From: Candidatus Poribacteria bacterium
GTDB taxonomy: Bacteria > Poribacteria > WGA-4E > WGA-3G
NCBI GenBank assembly: GCA_965214095.1
Contig: OZ243938.1
Location: 3,552,001 to 3,616,000, forward strand
DNA: 64,000 nucleotides
Direction: 5' to 3'
Made by a program: the position numbers and the translations under genes. How positions within the stretch are numbered: the stretch's first letter is position 1; each line of letters opens with the position of its first letter. Shown here in pieces: positions 19,969 through 29,907 of this stretch. The notes under the pieces are model-generated. The model made no database searches. It saw only the letters and a program-made list of their open reading frames with translations, and was not told where the DNA came from.

Positions 19969-22212
19969 TCAGAATCGTTTCGCCAATTCCACACCCCAAT
20001 AGCGCGGTTCATTCACATAACCCGTTAGATTATTAAAGTCAATACCACCAGTTAGGGAAGTATCGTTGAGGATGTTTCGTCCTATAAGTGCAAATTCTGT
20101 CTCAAAATTCGGTATCTTACAGGCAAGACGAATCCCGCCTTCCAAGAGCCAGTCATCGCTGAATTCTACAGAGTCGTAGAGAAAGAAATGGACACGGCTA
20201 CGATATGCCCAATCCGTAGATGCGACGAAACGGACACCAGAAGGTAGATCAATAACATAACGTAAGTCTATGTCAGCAATCCAAGCAGGGGCTTGCGGCA
20301 AACTGTTACCATCAATATAATATGTGCCTACAACAGGAGCGGGGGTATCCAACACTGTGCATGGTGCACCGCAACCATATACTACCAAATTTGGATCGTC
20401 AATCCGTGTGTAGTTGTAACTGAGTCCCGCTGATACCTCCAACGTTTTGATAGGTGCAAATATCAGTTCTGCCTCAACACCACGACCAATTGTGCTCTCA
20501 GCATTTACTAAACGATTGAAATTCGTCTCTCCACCCACAGCAGTCAGCTGCTGATCCTGCAACAAGTAGTTGAACGCGGCAATATTAAGATGCAATCGTT
20601 GATCTACCAATCGCATCTTCGTGCCGACTTCAAAGGAAAGAATGGTCTCTGTGTCTGCTACCGTGACTTCATTACCAAACAATAAGCGTCCCTGAATACT
20701 GGGTGCACGGAATCCTCGCGCACCACGCCAATATGTTTGCACACTTGGTGACACCTGATAGCGTAGACTAACATCACCACTCCAGACAGTGTCTTGCGGA
20801 TTTCTGTGGATAGGACCGATCGGTTTTGCACCTCTTTCTGCTTCTACTGCTGGTACTTCCTCTCGCCATGCTGTATAATCTTTGGCATCATCAGACAAAC
20901 GCACACCGAGACCTAATTCCAGATCGTTGATTATTTCCAATGTGGTGGATGCATAAGCTGCCAATGCTGTAGCGGTCTGCTCTTGACGCACATATCCATC
21001 TTGAGTTCCACCAGCCAAAGTATTGTAGTTGAAATCCTCCATTTCTACATACTCATTAAAATAATACAAACCAAACTGATAGGAGAGACGACTATTCCCC
21101 GCAGTCATCAAACGAACTTCTTGGCTGAACTGATTCAGCAAAGGGATGCCAGCCGCTGTTTCGGAAGGAAAAGGAATCACGCCAGGACCACTTGTTGGTA
21201 GGAATGCAGCACCGTAGCCGCCATCAATATCTCCATGCGAAAAGGTGGTGAGTCGTTCCAAACCTGTCAGCGAAACTAATTTGTGGTTTCCAATATCATA
21301 ACTAACCTGAAAGGCTAATCCACCTGAGAATAGTTCTTGCTCATTTTCACCATCTTGTGCAACGCTATTGCGGGTGAAATCTGAAACCAAGTCACCTTTC
21401 TCATGTGCAATTATATTCGCACGAAATAGCCGGGAAGTGCTATCAAGATAGCGTGCTTGAAGCTTTAACCACGTTTCTAACTTCGGTATTGGTGTCCACA
21501 ATAACTGCAGACGGGCAGCAAAGTCAAAATGTCCACCTAAAGCATTATCATCACCCGTATGTATATTGTCTATCCAATCGTCACGCCATAGACCTAGTAT
21601 TGAAAGTCTTGTTGAAAGCACAGATGGAATAATCGGTTTGGAAATCGCCCCTTCAACATTCATGGTTCTGAACCTACCAACACTCAACTGCCTATAGTGC
21701 TCTCGTGTATCGGAAGGTCGAACGGATTCAAATTTCACTGCACCAGCAGGTGTGTTGCGACCGAACAGTGTGCCTTGTGGTCCTCGCAACACTTCGATTC
21801 GTTCCAAATCAAAGGCGGGATATCCTTTCAACATTGCATTTTCAAGCACGACACCATCGTATAGAACAGAAACCGGTTGAGATGCGTTGAGGTCAAAGTC
21901 TGTATTGCCAAGTCCGCGAATATAAAAGCGAGGGAACACCCGTCCAAAAGATGATTCCATCTGTAGACTCGGGGTGCGATTTGACAGAAACCGTAAATCC
22001 ATTCCTGATGACCTTAATATCTGCGATTTGCCACCGCGTATTGTCGAAACGGAGAGTGGCACTTCAAAAGACAACTGTTCACGTTTACGTGCAGTAACCA
22101 CCACTTCTTCTAATGTGTGTACCGCTTCGGTATCCTCATCTGCAATGGATGGAATAGTTGTTGATATTAAAACCACAGAAATCAATACAAATATCTTCTT
22201 ACAAATGTCCAT
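19969..22212 (-). CDS. TonB-dependent outer-membrane receptor
   Basis: Signal peptide, LEEVVVTARKRE, ERIEVLRGPQGTLFGRN, terminal Phe. Confidence 0.93.
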   Translation of the reverse strand: MDICKKIFVLISVVLISTTIPSIADEDTEAVHTLEEVVVTARKREQLSFEVPLSVSTIRGGKSQILRSSGMDLRFLSNRTPSLQMESSFGRVFPRFYIRGLGNTDFDLNASQPVSVLYDGVVLENAMLKGYPAFDLERIEVLRGPQGTLFGRNTPAGAVKFESVRPSDTREHYRQLSVGRFRTMNVEGAISKPIIPSVLSTRLSILGLWRDDWIDNIHTGDDNALGGHFDFAARLQLLWTPIPKLETWLKLQARYLDSTSRLFRANIIAHEKGDLVSDFTRNSVAQDGENEQELFSGGLAFQVSYDIGNHKLVSLTGLERLTTFSHGDIDGGYGAAFLPTSGPGVIPFPSETAAGIPLLNQFSQEVRLMTAGNSRLSYQFGLYYFNEYVEMEDFNYNTLAGGTQDGYVRQEQTATALAAYASTTLEIINDLELGLGVRLSDDAKDYTAWREEVPAVEAERGAKPIGPIHRNPQDTVWSGDVSLRYQVSPSVQTYWRGARGFRAPSIQGRLLFGNEVTVADTETILSFEVGTKMRLVDQRLHLNIAAFNYLLQDQQLTAVGGETNFNRLVNAESTIGRGVEAELIFAPIKTLEVSAGLSYNYTRIDDPNLVVYGCGAPCTVLDTPAPVVGTYYIDGNSLPQAPAWIADIDLRYVIDLPSGVRFVASTDWAYRSRVHFFLYDSVEFSDDWLLEGGIRLACKIPNFETEFALIGRNILNDTSLTGGIDFNNLTGYVNEPRYWGVELAKRF

Positions 22213-22223
22213 ATTCTCCCCTT

Positions 22224-22361
22224 TATAGTGAAATGTAAAAACACGTGCACACTCCGCAGTAGATGCGGTTTCCTAACCGCATCTATGAGACTGAACAAAC
22301 ACCGGTTCGGTTAGGAAACCGAACCTACCGTCGTGTGTAAATAATTATGGTTTTTACTATA
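22224..22361 (+). mobile_element. MITE-like TATAGT-ended element carrying a REP doublet (copy 2)
   Basis: TATAGTGAAATGTAAAAACACGTGCACACT...GTAGATGCGGTTTCCTAACCGCATC...GGTTCGGTTAGGAAACCGAACCTAC...TTTTTACTATA. Confidence 0.87.
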
Positions 22362-22411
22362 AAATAATATGAAGTTTGGTGCTATTAGTGGTATGTTCTT
22401 ATGTTGATATA

Positions 22412-23245
22412 TCAAATTTTCTGATTGTTTGTGTTATCCATCTGTGCGCGCAACCGTTCTAATTCTGCTTCTAATTCACCTACCTTTGCCTCTGCTTCTT
22501 GGCGATGATGTTGCTCTTCTTCTCGCAGGAGTTGCTCTTGTTCACGCAGATTTTTCTCATGCTCCAGTTGATGTTTGATTTCCATAGATGTATCAATAGG
22601 TGTGCCATCAGGTAAATACGGACGTAAGAGTCTCACATGCGTTGTCTGATCGTCTTTCCATCGCAACCATAGATTCAACGCTTCACTAAACAAGCCTCCT
22701 TCTGCATCAGGTTCAATCTCAATGATTTCTCCTGAAGTACTCCGTTGCCACCCGTGAAACTCCGCAGGTTTCTTCATCTCAGGCTGATGGATAAAGTATT
22801 CTTGTACGCCTATATCCTTGAGATACAACTCCACTTTTTTTGTGCGATCCTGATGTGCTGTTGCGTCAGAGAGGAATTCAATAACTGCGACAGGCACTGC
22901 CCCCTCTTTCCAAGTATAGAAACTACGTCTCAACGGATATTTTTCAACACCAAAGACGATGTAGATATCAGGGGCAACACATTTTGAAATGTTCCCTTCT
23001 TCATAATAGACAAAACTGTCAACACCGATGTGTATGAGATCGTTGATTGCGAAATATCGCTTGAGTTGGTCAGATATAGTAGTGATCTGTTCAGCGTGAA
23101 AATCGGTCTCAGCCATAGGTTCGTTGTCCTCACAAGGATACCCTTCAATGTATATTGTCGGTTTCCCATTTGCTTTTGGAAATACAGGTATATATTTTCT
23201 TTGTTTTATTTCAAAGTCGTTTAAGGTATTCATGGGATTCTCCAT
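22412..23245 (-). CDS. Uma2 (DUF820) family PD-(D/E)xK endonuclease-like protein with coiled-coil tail
   Basis: EPMAET..H, APDIYIV, VIEFLS, D..KK.ELY...GVQEYF; E/Q/R-rich tail. Confidence 0.88.
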   Translation of the reverse strand: MENPMNTLNDFEIKQRKYIPVFPKANGKPTIYIEGYPCEDNEPMAETDFHAEQITTISDQLKRYFAINDLIHIGVDSFVYYEEGNISKCVAPDIYIVFGVEKYPLRRSFYTWKEGAVPVAVIEFLSDATAHQDRTKKVELYLKDIGVQEYFIHQPEMKKPAEFHGWQRSTSGEIIEIEPDAEGGLFSEALNLWLRWKDDQTTHVRLLRPYLPDGTPIDTSMEIKHQLEHEKNLREQEQLLREEEQHHRQEAEAKVGELEAELERLRAQMDNTNNQKI

Positions 23246-23468
23246 AAATGTTAGTTTGCAGTTCAATTGTTGAAACTATTTTTTAAAAGCTTCTTATTTT
23301 TACTTATGCCGCTTGTATAGTGTGTCTTAAGTATATCACAGATTTAAGGGATAATCAAAGGTTATGGTCACCATTGTCTTTGACTCTAATAACACATTAA
23401 TCTTGTAAATAAATGTAATGCTTGTTATGATTAAATACTCTGACAAAAGGATAAACAGGAGGCAACTT

Positions 23469-24332
23469 GTGTTGCATATTATATTCACAAATAGAACCAA
23501 CAGGTATGCCATAATATCGCTTTATTACATCGTATTGATCTTGATGTTTTTTTGTGTGATGACATTGGATGTTTCAGCTGTGCCGTTACAACCGGATGCA
23601 TATTGGAATTTTGACGATGGCACCGCAAGGGATAGTTCAAATAGAAGGCTGCATGGCAGACTTATTGGAAAACCAACCTCAGTTGAAGGTGTTTCCGGTA
23701 AGGCACTGAAGTTTGTTGGCGGACAGGGTATCAAGATTCCAGATTCACGTGGGATCAATACGAGAGGTCCATTTCCCAACCGCACTGTCGGTGCACTCTT
23801 TTACTGCAATAATGCCAGCCAAGCACAGAAACAAGTGATTTTTGAAGCAGGTGGAATTACAAAAGGATTAGCCATTTATGTCTATAAGAGTAGGATCTAT
23901 GTAGGTGCATGGAATGTGCCAGTTCTCAACTGGAATGGCGCGTATCTTTTTACTGGGATTAAGTCAAAAAGATGGTATTACGTCGCGTTAGTTATTCGCA
24001 ACGGCACGAATAAAGTAGAATCAAACAAGTTTGAGATGTGGTTGGATGGAGAACTTATCGGTAAGGCGAAAGGGGCATATCTCCAAGCACATGGACAAGA
24101 TATAGGTATCGCACACGTCAGCCAGCATACAAGATACCACGATGGTAGCGGTAGAGGTAGGGATGTTGACTGGTTTGAAGGTCTGATTGACGAAGTTGTT
24201 ATCTACAATAGGGCTTTGAACATAGCAAATCTAACGAGACTGATGGATCCACTTAATGTTGAACCTAAAGGTAAATTCACGACTACTTGGGCAAATCTCA
24301 AAGACTCTATATTGACAAATACTTCTCGTTAA
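23469..24332 (+). CDS. Secreted LamG-like jellyroll protein with VEPKGK..TWA.LK tail
   Basis: AYWNFDDG..A.DSS, G.SGKALKF, WYYVALV, FEGLIDEVVIYNRAL; AGGAGG before GTG 23469. Confidence 0.82.
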   Translation: MLHIIFTNRTNRYAIISLYYIVLILMFFCVMTLDVSAVPLQPDAYWNFDDGTARDSSNRRLHGRLIGKPTSVEGVSGKALKFVGGQGIKIPDSRGINTRGPFPNRTVGALFYCNNASQAQKQVIFEAGGITKGLAIYVYKSRIYVGAWNVPVLNWNGAYLFTGIKSKRWYYVALVIRNGTNKVESNKFEMWLDGELIGKAKGAYLQAHGQDIGIAHVSQHTRYHDGSGRGRDVDWFEGLIDEVVIYNRALNIANLTRLMDPLNVEPKGKFTTTWANLKDSILTNTSR

Positions 24333-24366
24333 CAAATAACAGTTGCTAGCCAACATCGGGACTAAA

Positions 24367-26268
24367 ATGGCACATGCAAAAGATATCAAGAAAGGGAAAA
24401 CTACAGAGAACATTGGAATACTTGAATCCGACCACATCAATCGTAGAAAGTTTATCAAAGAACTTGGTATAGCGGGTGCAGGTGCATTGTCCCTTTTGCG
24501 TTCAAATGCAGTTGCACAGAACGTCCCAGTTGAAAATAAGAACAAACCTAATATTCTACTGATTATGACCGACCAACAACGTTGGGATGCGATGAGTTGC
24601 AGTGGCAACTGGGTCCGAACACCAAACATGGATAGAATTGCCAGTGAAGGTGTTCAATTTACGAACTGTGTCACCAATTCACCTGTCTGCATAGCGGCGC
24701 GAGTTAGTTTAGCAACGGGTTTATATCCACACAACACTGGAATTTGGAAGAATGAGACTTACCTGATGCCTCCAGATACGCCAACATGGATGCAGGCAGT
24801 GCGCGATGCTGGTTATCGGACAAGTGTTTTCGGGAAAACACACCTGCATCCGCATTCTAACGGTTCTGATTTACGCAAACGTGAGTATTTGTTACACGCT
24901 TATGGCTTAGACGATGTGGACGAAATTCCGGGTCCACGAGCGAGTCGCCGTGTCCTATCACACATGACTGCATTATGGCAACAGAAAGGGTTATGGGCAG
25001 CATATAGAGCAGATGTTGAGGAACGTCTGAATAATAAACCTTACGTTGTCCGTCCCACAATACTTGGGTTGGAAAATGACGCGGATGTTTATGTTGGACA
25101 GCAAGCCAAGAAATATCTTACAAACTATAACCGTGTCGAACCGTGGTTCTGTTGGGTCAGTTTCGGTGGACCACATGAACCTTGGGATGCCCCAGAACCT
25201 TATGCAAGTATGTATGACCCCAGAAGTATGCCGAACCCCGTGCCTCGTCCTCCTGCTGCCGGAAATCGACCGCGAGGAGACTTAGACACGCGTATGAACA
25301 CAAATAGGTTTAACCCTAAATTTGTGGAAGGAGAAGTCGGTAAATTACGGGCGGACTATGCTGGAAACGTTACCATGATTGATGACCAGATAGGTGAAAT
25401 ACTTGAGACGATTCAGGCACGCAGTGAACTTGATAATACTGTCATTGTCCTTTGCTCAGATCACGGAGAGATGAACGGTGATTATGGTATGATATATAAG
25501 AAGAATTTCCTCAATGGATCAGTGCGAATTCCGTTCCTTGTACGTACCCCTGAGACATTAAACAACGGCAACTTCAACCGTATATCTGATAGTCCAGTAG
25601 AATGGATTGATATTGGTCCAACTCTTGTTGAACTGGCTGGTGGTACAATGACACATCACCAATTTGGTAAATCGTTGTGTCCTGTATTAGATGGCAGCGA
25701 AGAAAATCATCGGGAATTTGCAATTTCTCAATTCGCCAGTGAAACAATGCTCCTAAATCGAGAGTGGAAAATAGCCTTAAATACACGTAATGAACCTTAT
25801 CTCTTCTTTGATGTTCATAACGATCCCACGGAAACAAACAATCTCGCGGCTGTACCGAAAATGAAGGCGTTGGAAACAGAATTACGTTCACAGATCTTAG
25901 AACACCGTTCTCATACACAGACACCGATGGACGTTGAACCTAAAGGTAAAGAATTAGTTTCACTTGGACAGATAAAGCGTAATGAACTGCTTCAGAACTT
26001 TCCCAACCCTTTCAATCCAGAGACATGGATTCCATTTCGACTTGTAGATGATGCTGATGTTACGCTTCGTATTTACTCCTTAACTGGAAAGTTGGTTAAG
26101 TCCATATTTATGGGAAAAATAGCTGCAGGAGATTACACATCGCAATCAGAAGCAGTGCACTGGGATGGAAGCAATGAAAATGGTGAACCTGTTAGTAGTG
26201 GTGTCTATTTCTACACTATTACTGCTGGAGAGTTCTCTGCTACGCGCAAAATGCTAATCCGCAAATAA
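24367..26268 (+). CDS. Tat-exported sulfatase with C-terminal FlgD/T9SS-CTD-like domain
   Basis: NRRKFIK Tat motif, KPNILLIMTDQQR, CIAARVSLATG (CxAxR), GKTH, SDHGE; LLQNFPNPFNPETWIP...SGVYFY..ATRKMLI tail. Confidence 0.9.
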   Translation: MAHAKDIKKGKTTENIGILESDHINRRKFIKELGIAGAGALSLLRSNAVAQNVPVENKNKPNILLIMTDQQRWDAMSCSGNWVRTPNMDRIASEGVQFTNCVTNSPVCIAARVSLATGLYPHNTGIWKNETYLMPPDTPTWMQAVRDAGYRTSVFGKTHLHPHSNGSDLRKREYLLHAYGLDDVDEIPGPRASRRVLSHMTALWQQKGLWAAYRADVEERLNNKPYVVRPTILGLENDADVYVGQQAKKYLTNYNRVEPWFCWVSFGGPHEPWDAPEPYASMYDPRSMPNPVPRPPAAGNRPRGDLDTRMNTNRFNPKFVEGEVGKLRADYAGNVTMIDDQIGEILETIQARSELDNTVIVLCSDHGEMNGDYGMIYKKNFLNGSVRIPFLVRTPETLNNGNFNRISDSPVEWIDIGPTLVELAGGTMTHHQFGKSLCPVLDGSEENHREFAISQFASETMLLNREWKIALNTRNEPYLFFDVHNDPTETNNLAAVPKMKALETELRSQILEHRSHTQTPMDVEPKGKELVSLGQIKRNELLQNFPNPFNPETWIPFRLVDDADVTLRIYSLTGKLVKSIFMGKIAAGDYTSQSEAVHWDGSNENGEPVSSGVYFYTITAGEFSATRKMLIRK

Positions 26269-26335
26269 CCCGATGCCTTTCATAGTGACCTCTATAGATA
26301 TTTGCAGCTACATACCTACTAGACAGTCCAGCACG

Positions 26336-27250
26336 TTATTCTTCAAGCATCAATTTGAAGGCATCAAGGTTTTGGACTTGTGGCGCAGCGAAAAGCAACT
26401 GTTCAAGTCGTTCTAAATCAGTAATCTGATGTAATTTCGGTATTAGGTCATTGACTTCCTCAACAGTAAATCTGTTATTTAGGAATTTCAAGATGTTTTT
26501 AATGGTAGATTCTCTTGCGCCTTGTTCAAGACCTTGTTCAAGACCTTGTTCTCTGCCGAGAGCGATGAATTCATCGCGTAGGAGTTGATAGTATTTTGAT
26601 TCTTGCATACGTTCCTCCCGTATCATTCGTTTGAAAAGTAATGGATCATAGATAATACCGCCGAACAACGATAGCGCACAAAACAGGTCTCCTTGTGTCT
26701 GTTCATCAAAGGATGTGGCAGCAACTGCATTGATACACTCTCGCACCCACTGCTCAATTGAGATTCCTGCAGGACGTTTCATCAGCGGTGCAAAGGGTAG
26801 CAACCCTGGTGCTTGCATCTCCAATATCGCTTGTCCATCAATGTCAATCAGTCGTATTACCTTATATCGTAAAGTATATTCATATCCGTGTGAACTATAG
26901 TGATAAAAACCCGTGTCATTTCTCCCCGCATTCGGATGGAAATAGATGACATTGGAATAAACAGGTATCTGATGTTCTTTGATAAGGTATCCGTGATATG
27001 CGGCGTTTCGTGCCCACATTGGTTAATATGTACTATCGCGAAGCTGTAATTCAATGTGTAAAATCGCTTCGCTTTCGTTGATACGAATCCGTTTAGTGCT
27101 ATCTGTTAGTTGTTCTACAACAAGCTGCTGTTCCGTGTCAATGTTTTCTATTACTTCAATGTCATCATTTGTGCCGATTACAAACCGTGAGATGTCGGTG
27201 GCAAAATCTGTTAATATTGATTTTGCCATGTTGTCGTAGTCTTTTGCCAT
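26336..27250 (-). pseudogene. Rpn family (recombination-promoting nuclease/YhgA-like) gene interrupted by one in-frame TAA at 27025-27023
   Basis: ORFs 27023-27250 and 26336-27019 are in the same frame, separated by TAA CCA; LHIELQ, LLPFAPL, MQES..YQ and GLEQG repeats. Confidence 0.8.
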
Positions 27251-27325
27251 ATTAGGAATTATATATTATTGGTCTGGTTAATGTCAAGGTTAAAGCAGGT
27301 TGATTGGAGACTCCTATTTCAGACA

Positions 27326-27360
27326 ACAAAAAGTGCGCGGGTTTTACGTCTCCGCGCAGG
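27326..27360 (-). terminator. Rho-independent terminator after the YWTD gene
   Basis: Minus strand UGCGCGGAG...CCCGCGCA followed by CUUUUU. Confidence 0.6.
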
Positions 27361-27433
27361 ACGGTTAGGAGTTTATGAACACGGATATTTATAGAACGCC
27401 TCCGTTGGGGCAAGGTTATATGTGCTAATCACA

Positions 27434-28444
27434 TTAATTGACAGGACCAATATCCAGAGCGACAGATGTCGGAACTGCTAATCCAGTATGAATTTCTTCA
27501 ATTTCTGAACCATCAAAATTAGCACGTCGAATGATCCCATCACCATGATCCAACCAATCACCAGTATCTGCCCAATAAATCTTATCTGCACTAAAATCAA
27601 AAACAATATCATGTACTCCTGAGGATCCAGGAATTAAATCTTCAACGTTTGTGCCATCAAGATTTGCACGTTGTATATTATCTACCGGCGGCCAATTCGT
27701 CCAATACATCTTGCCTCCGTCAATATCCAAAGTAATCGTTTGCGGGATATATAACCCGCGGACGAGTACTTCAACGTTTGAACCATCAAGGTTAGCACGC
27801 TGTATTGTATCAGTTAGTTCCTCGGCACCGGGGGAGATTTCTTCCCACTCTGTCCAGTATATTTTACCGTTTACCAAATCGAGGGCTATGCCATCAGGTG
27901 TAAACGATCTTGTAATAACATCTTCAACAACGGACCCGTCCAAATTAGCTCGTTGAATTTTACTACCACTTGTCCAATAAACCATATCAGCTTGCAAGTC
28001 TAAGGCAAGTTCTTGACCGGTCGTTCCTGGAACAATAACTTCAACGTTGGTACCGTCCAAGTTTGCACGCTTCAAGCCCTGATTGGTCAAACTGATCCAA
28101 TAGATTTTACCGCCTTCAATATCTAATGCTATACCCCATGGTTTGACTCCTGTAATCAGGGTTTCAACGTTTGAGCCATCAGGGTTAGACCGCTGGATAG
28201 TTTGCGTACCAAAATCACTCCAGTAGAGTTTCTTAAGCTCTAGCATCTCTGGCATTTCCTCAGGCGGAGGTTCAGGCATTTCAGGTTCTGTATCAGGATC
28301 CTTCATATCTGCTATCATTCCAGGTTCTGTAACCATTTCTTCAGGGGGATCTGTATGAATAATGTCCTGTGCATACTCACAAGCAATAATGGTAAATGCT
28401 ATACCAATTAATGCAACAAATAATATCCATTGATATTTTCTCAT
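27434..28444 (-). CDS. Lipoprotein with LDL-receptor class B (YWTD) beta-propeller repeats
   Basis: IIACE lipobox, Pro/Glu linker, repeated (K)IYW(T/S)...IQRANLDGSNVE units. Confidence 0.88.
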   Translation of the reverse strand: MRKYQWILFVALIGIAFTIIACEYAQDIIHTDPPEEMVTEPGMIADMKDPDTEPEMPEPPPEEMPEMLELKKLYWSDFGTQTIQRSNPDGSNVETLITGVKPWGIALDIEGGKIYWISLTNQGLKRANLDGTNVEVIVPGTTGQELALDLQADMVYWTSGSKIQRANLDGSVVEDVITRSFTPDGIALDLVNGKIYWTEWEEISPGAEELTDTIQRANLDGSNVEVLVRGLYIPQTITLDIDGGKMYWTNWPPVDNIQRANLDGTNVEDLIPGSSGVHDIVFDFSADKIYWADTGDWLDHGDGIIRRANFDGSEIEEIHTGLAVPTSVALDIGPVN

Positions 28445-28959
28445 CGTAACATACTCCTTCAATAAGTAGAAAAATTGGAGCAGGATACATTATGTATCCT
28501 GCTCAATGTATTAGTAGGTTGTGTAGTGAACATAAAAAATCGCAGGACTATTTTGGAATAAAATAATCATCACTGTGATTTTGTCATTTTGAATATATCT
28601 CAGATAACTGTGTTGTATCATATCAATTGCATTATAGTTCAGGGATAATGAGTTATCAAATACAAAAATATGATAACACAAAACCATATTCAGATATTGT
28701 AGAAATTATAGTAATAATTTCTGTTGTAACACTACGTGTGACATAATACATTAAAAATAACTAACATGTCAACTAAAAAATATGGTTTTTTGGTAATCTT
28801 ATCTGAAATTACCGTATTCGTTTATTTTGTAATGATTAAATCTGAAAATTTGCTCTTTCCATTATTTTTCTGAAGCAACTTTTGCACTGCTATTACTGTT
28901 ATTGGCAGGTTTCCAACCCCGATTTGAGAGAAATGCACCTTGAATTCATGGTTGTAAAC

Positions 28960-29040
28960 CCTGATGCTGCCCCATGTGGTTGCGAGTTTCGATTTTAGGT
29001 CTACGTCGGTTGTACCAGCCTCACCGAAGTACTCAATTTC
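28960..29040 (-). pseudogene. Orphan 3' gene remnant encoding the sorting-like tail motif
   Basis: Minus frame reads EIEYFGEAGTTDVDLKSKLATTWGSIR; no start codon before the upstream stop at 29061-29059. Confidence 0.6.
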
Positions 29041-29049
29041 ACATTTTAC

Positions 29050-29077
29050 TTGACTTTTTTACAGAATTGGCTATAAT
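29050..29077 (+). promoter_or_regulatory. Sigma70-type promoter of the AKR operon
   Basis: TTGACT-16 nt-TATAAT. Confidence 0.6.
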
Positions 29078-29114
29078 GCTGATAAAAAGGAGTGCTTGGA
29101 AACGGAAGTGAATT

Positions 29115-29879
29115 ATGGAAAACATTAAACTGGCATCTGGACATGAAATACCGATCTTAGGTTTAGGCACATGGCAACTCAAAGGTACCCAATGTGAACG
29201 GATCATTAAAGTTGCTATTGAGTTGGGATATACCCATATCGACACGGCATGGATGTACAAAAACCAAACGCAGATTGGGAACGCCTTGCGTGATATAAAT
29301 GCTGAAAGGGAAGATCTATTTATTACTTCCAAAATTTGGCATACACATCTGAAGCATGATGAAGTGTTGAGTCAATTTGATGTGTGTATAAACGATTTGC
29401 AGATGGACTACGTGGATCTTCTGTTAATCCACTGGCCAAGTGACACCGTGCCATTTGAGGAAACCTTTGCTGCTTTCAAGGAAATATATGATGCGGGTAA
29501 GGTGAGAAGTATCGGTATCAGCAATTTCAGTATTGAACAAGTAAATAAAGCGTGTGATGTATCTGAACTCCCGATATGTACGAATCAGGTGGAATACCAT
29601 GTGCGTAATAACAAAGAAGAATTGCGTGCACATTGTGAAACACTGAATATTCCTATGACCGCGCACAGACCACTTGCTGTAGGTAATTTGGCGGAAGATT
29701 CAGAACTAACTGAAATCGGTAAAAGACACGGAAAGACTGCAGCACAGGTGGCATTAAGATGGCTTGTTCAAAAAGGTATTATTACAATTCCAAAATCCGG
29801 ATCCGAACCACATCTGCGTGAAAATTTAGCCATCTTTGATTGGCAGTTAACTGATGAAGAGATGCAATTATTTGAGTAG
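29115..29879 (+). CDS. Aldo/keto reductase
   Basis: GLGTW, IDTA..Y, ITSK, DLLLIHWP, IGISNF, IPKS. Confidence 0.93.
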   Translation: MENIKLASGHEIPILGLGTWQLKGTQCERIIKVAIELGYTHIDTAWMYKNQTQIGNALRDINAEREDLFITSKIWHTHLKHDEVLSQFDVCINDLQMDYVDLLLIHWPSDTVPFEETFAAFKEIYDAGKVRSIGISNFSIEQVNKACDVSELPICTNQVEYHVRNNKEELRAHCETLNIPMTAHRPLAVGNLAEDSELTEIGKRHGKTAAQVALRWLVQKGIITIPKSGSEPHLRENLAIFDWQLTDEEMQLFE

Positions 29880-29907
29880 TCTTTGAGAAAGGAATCGACA
29901 CAAAAGC

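Noticed and set aside
27017-27025. Programmed readthrough or recoding in the Rpn gene
   Set aside because: The stop is TAA, which ends many genes in this window, and no recoding signal is visible; a nonsense mutation is simpler.
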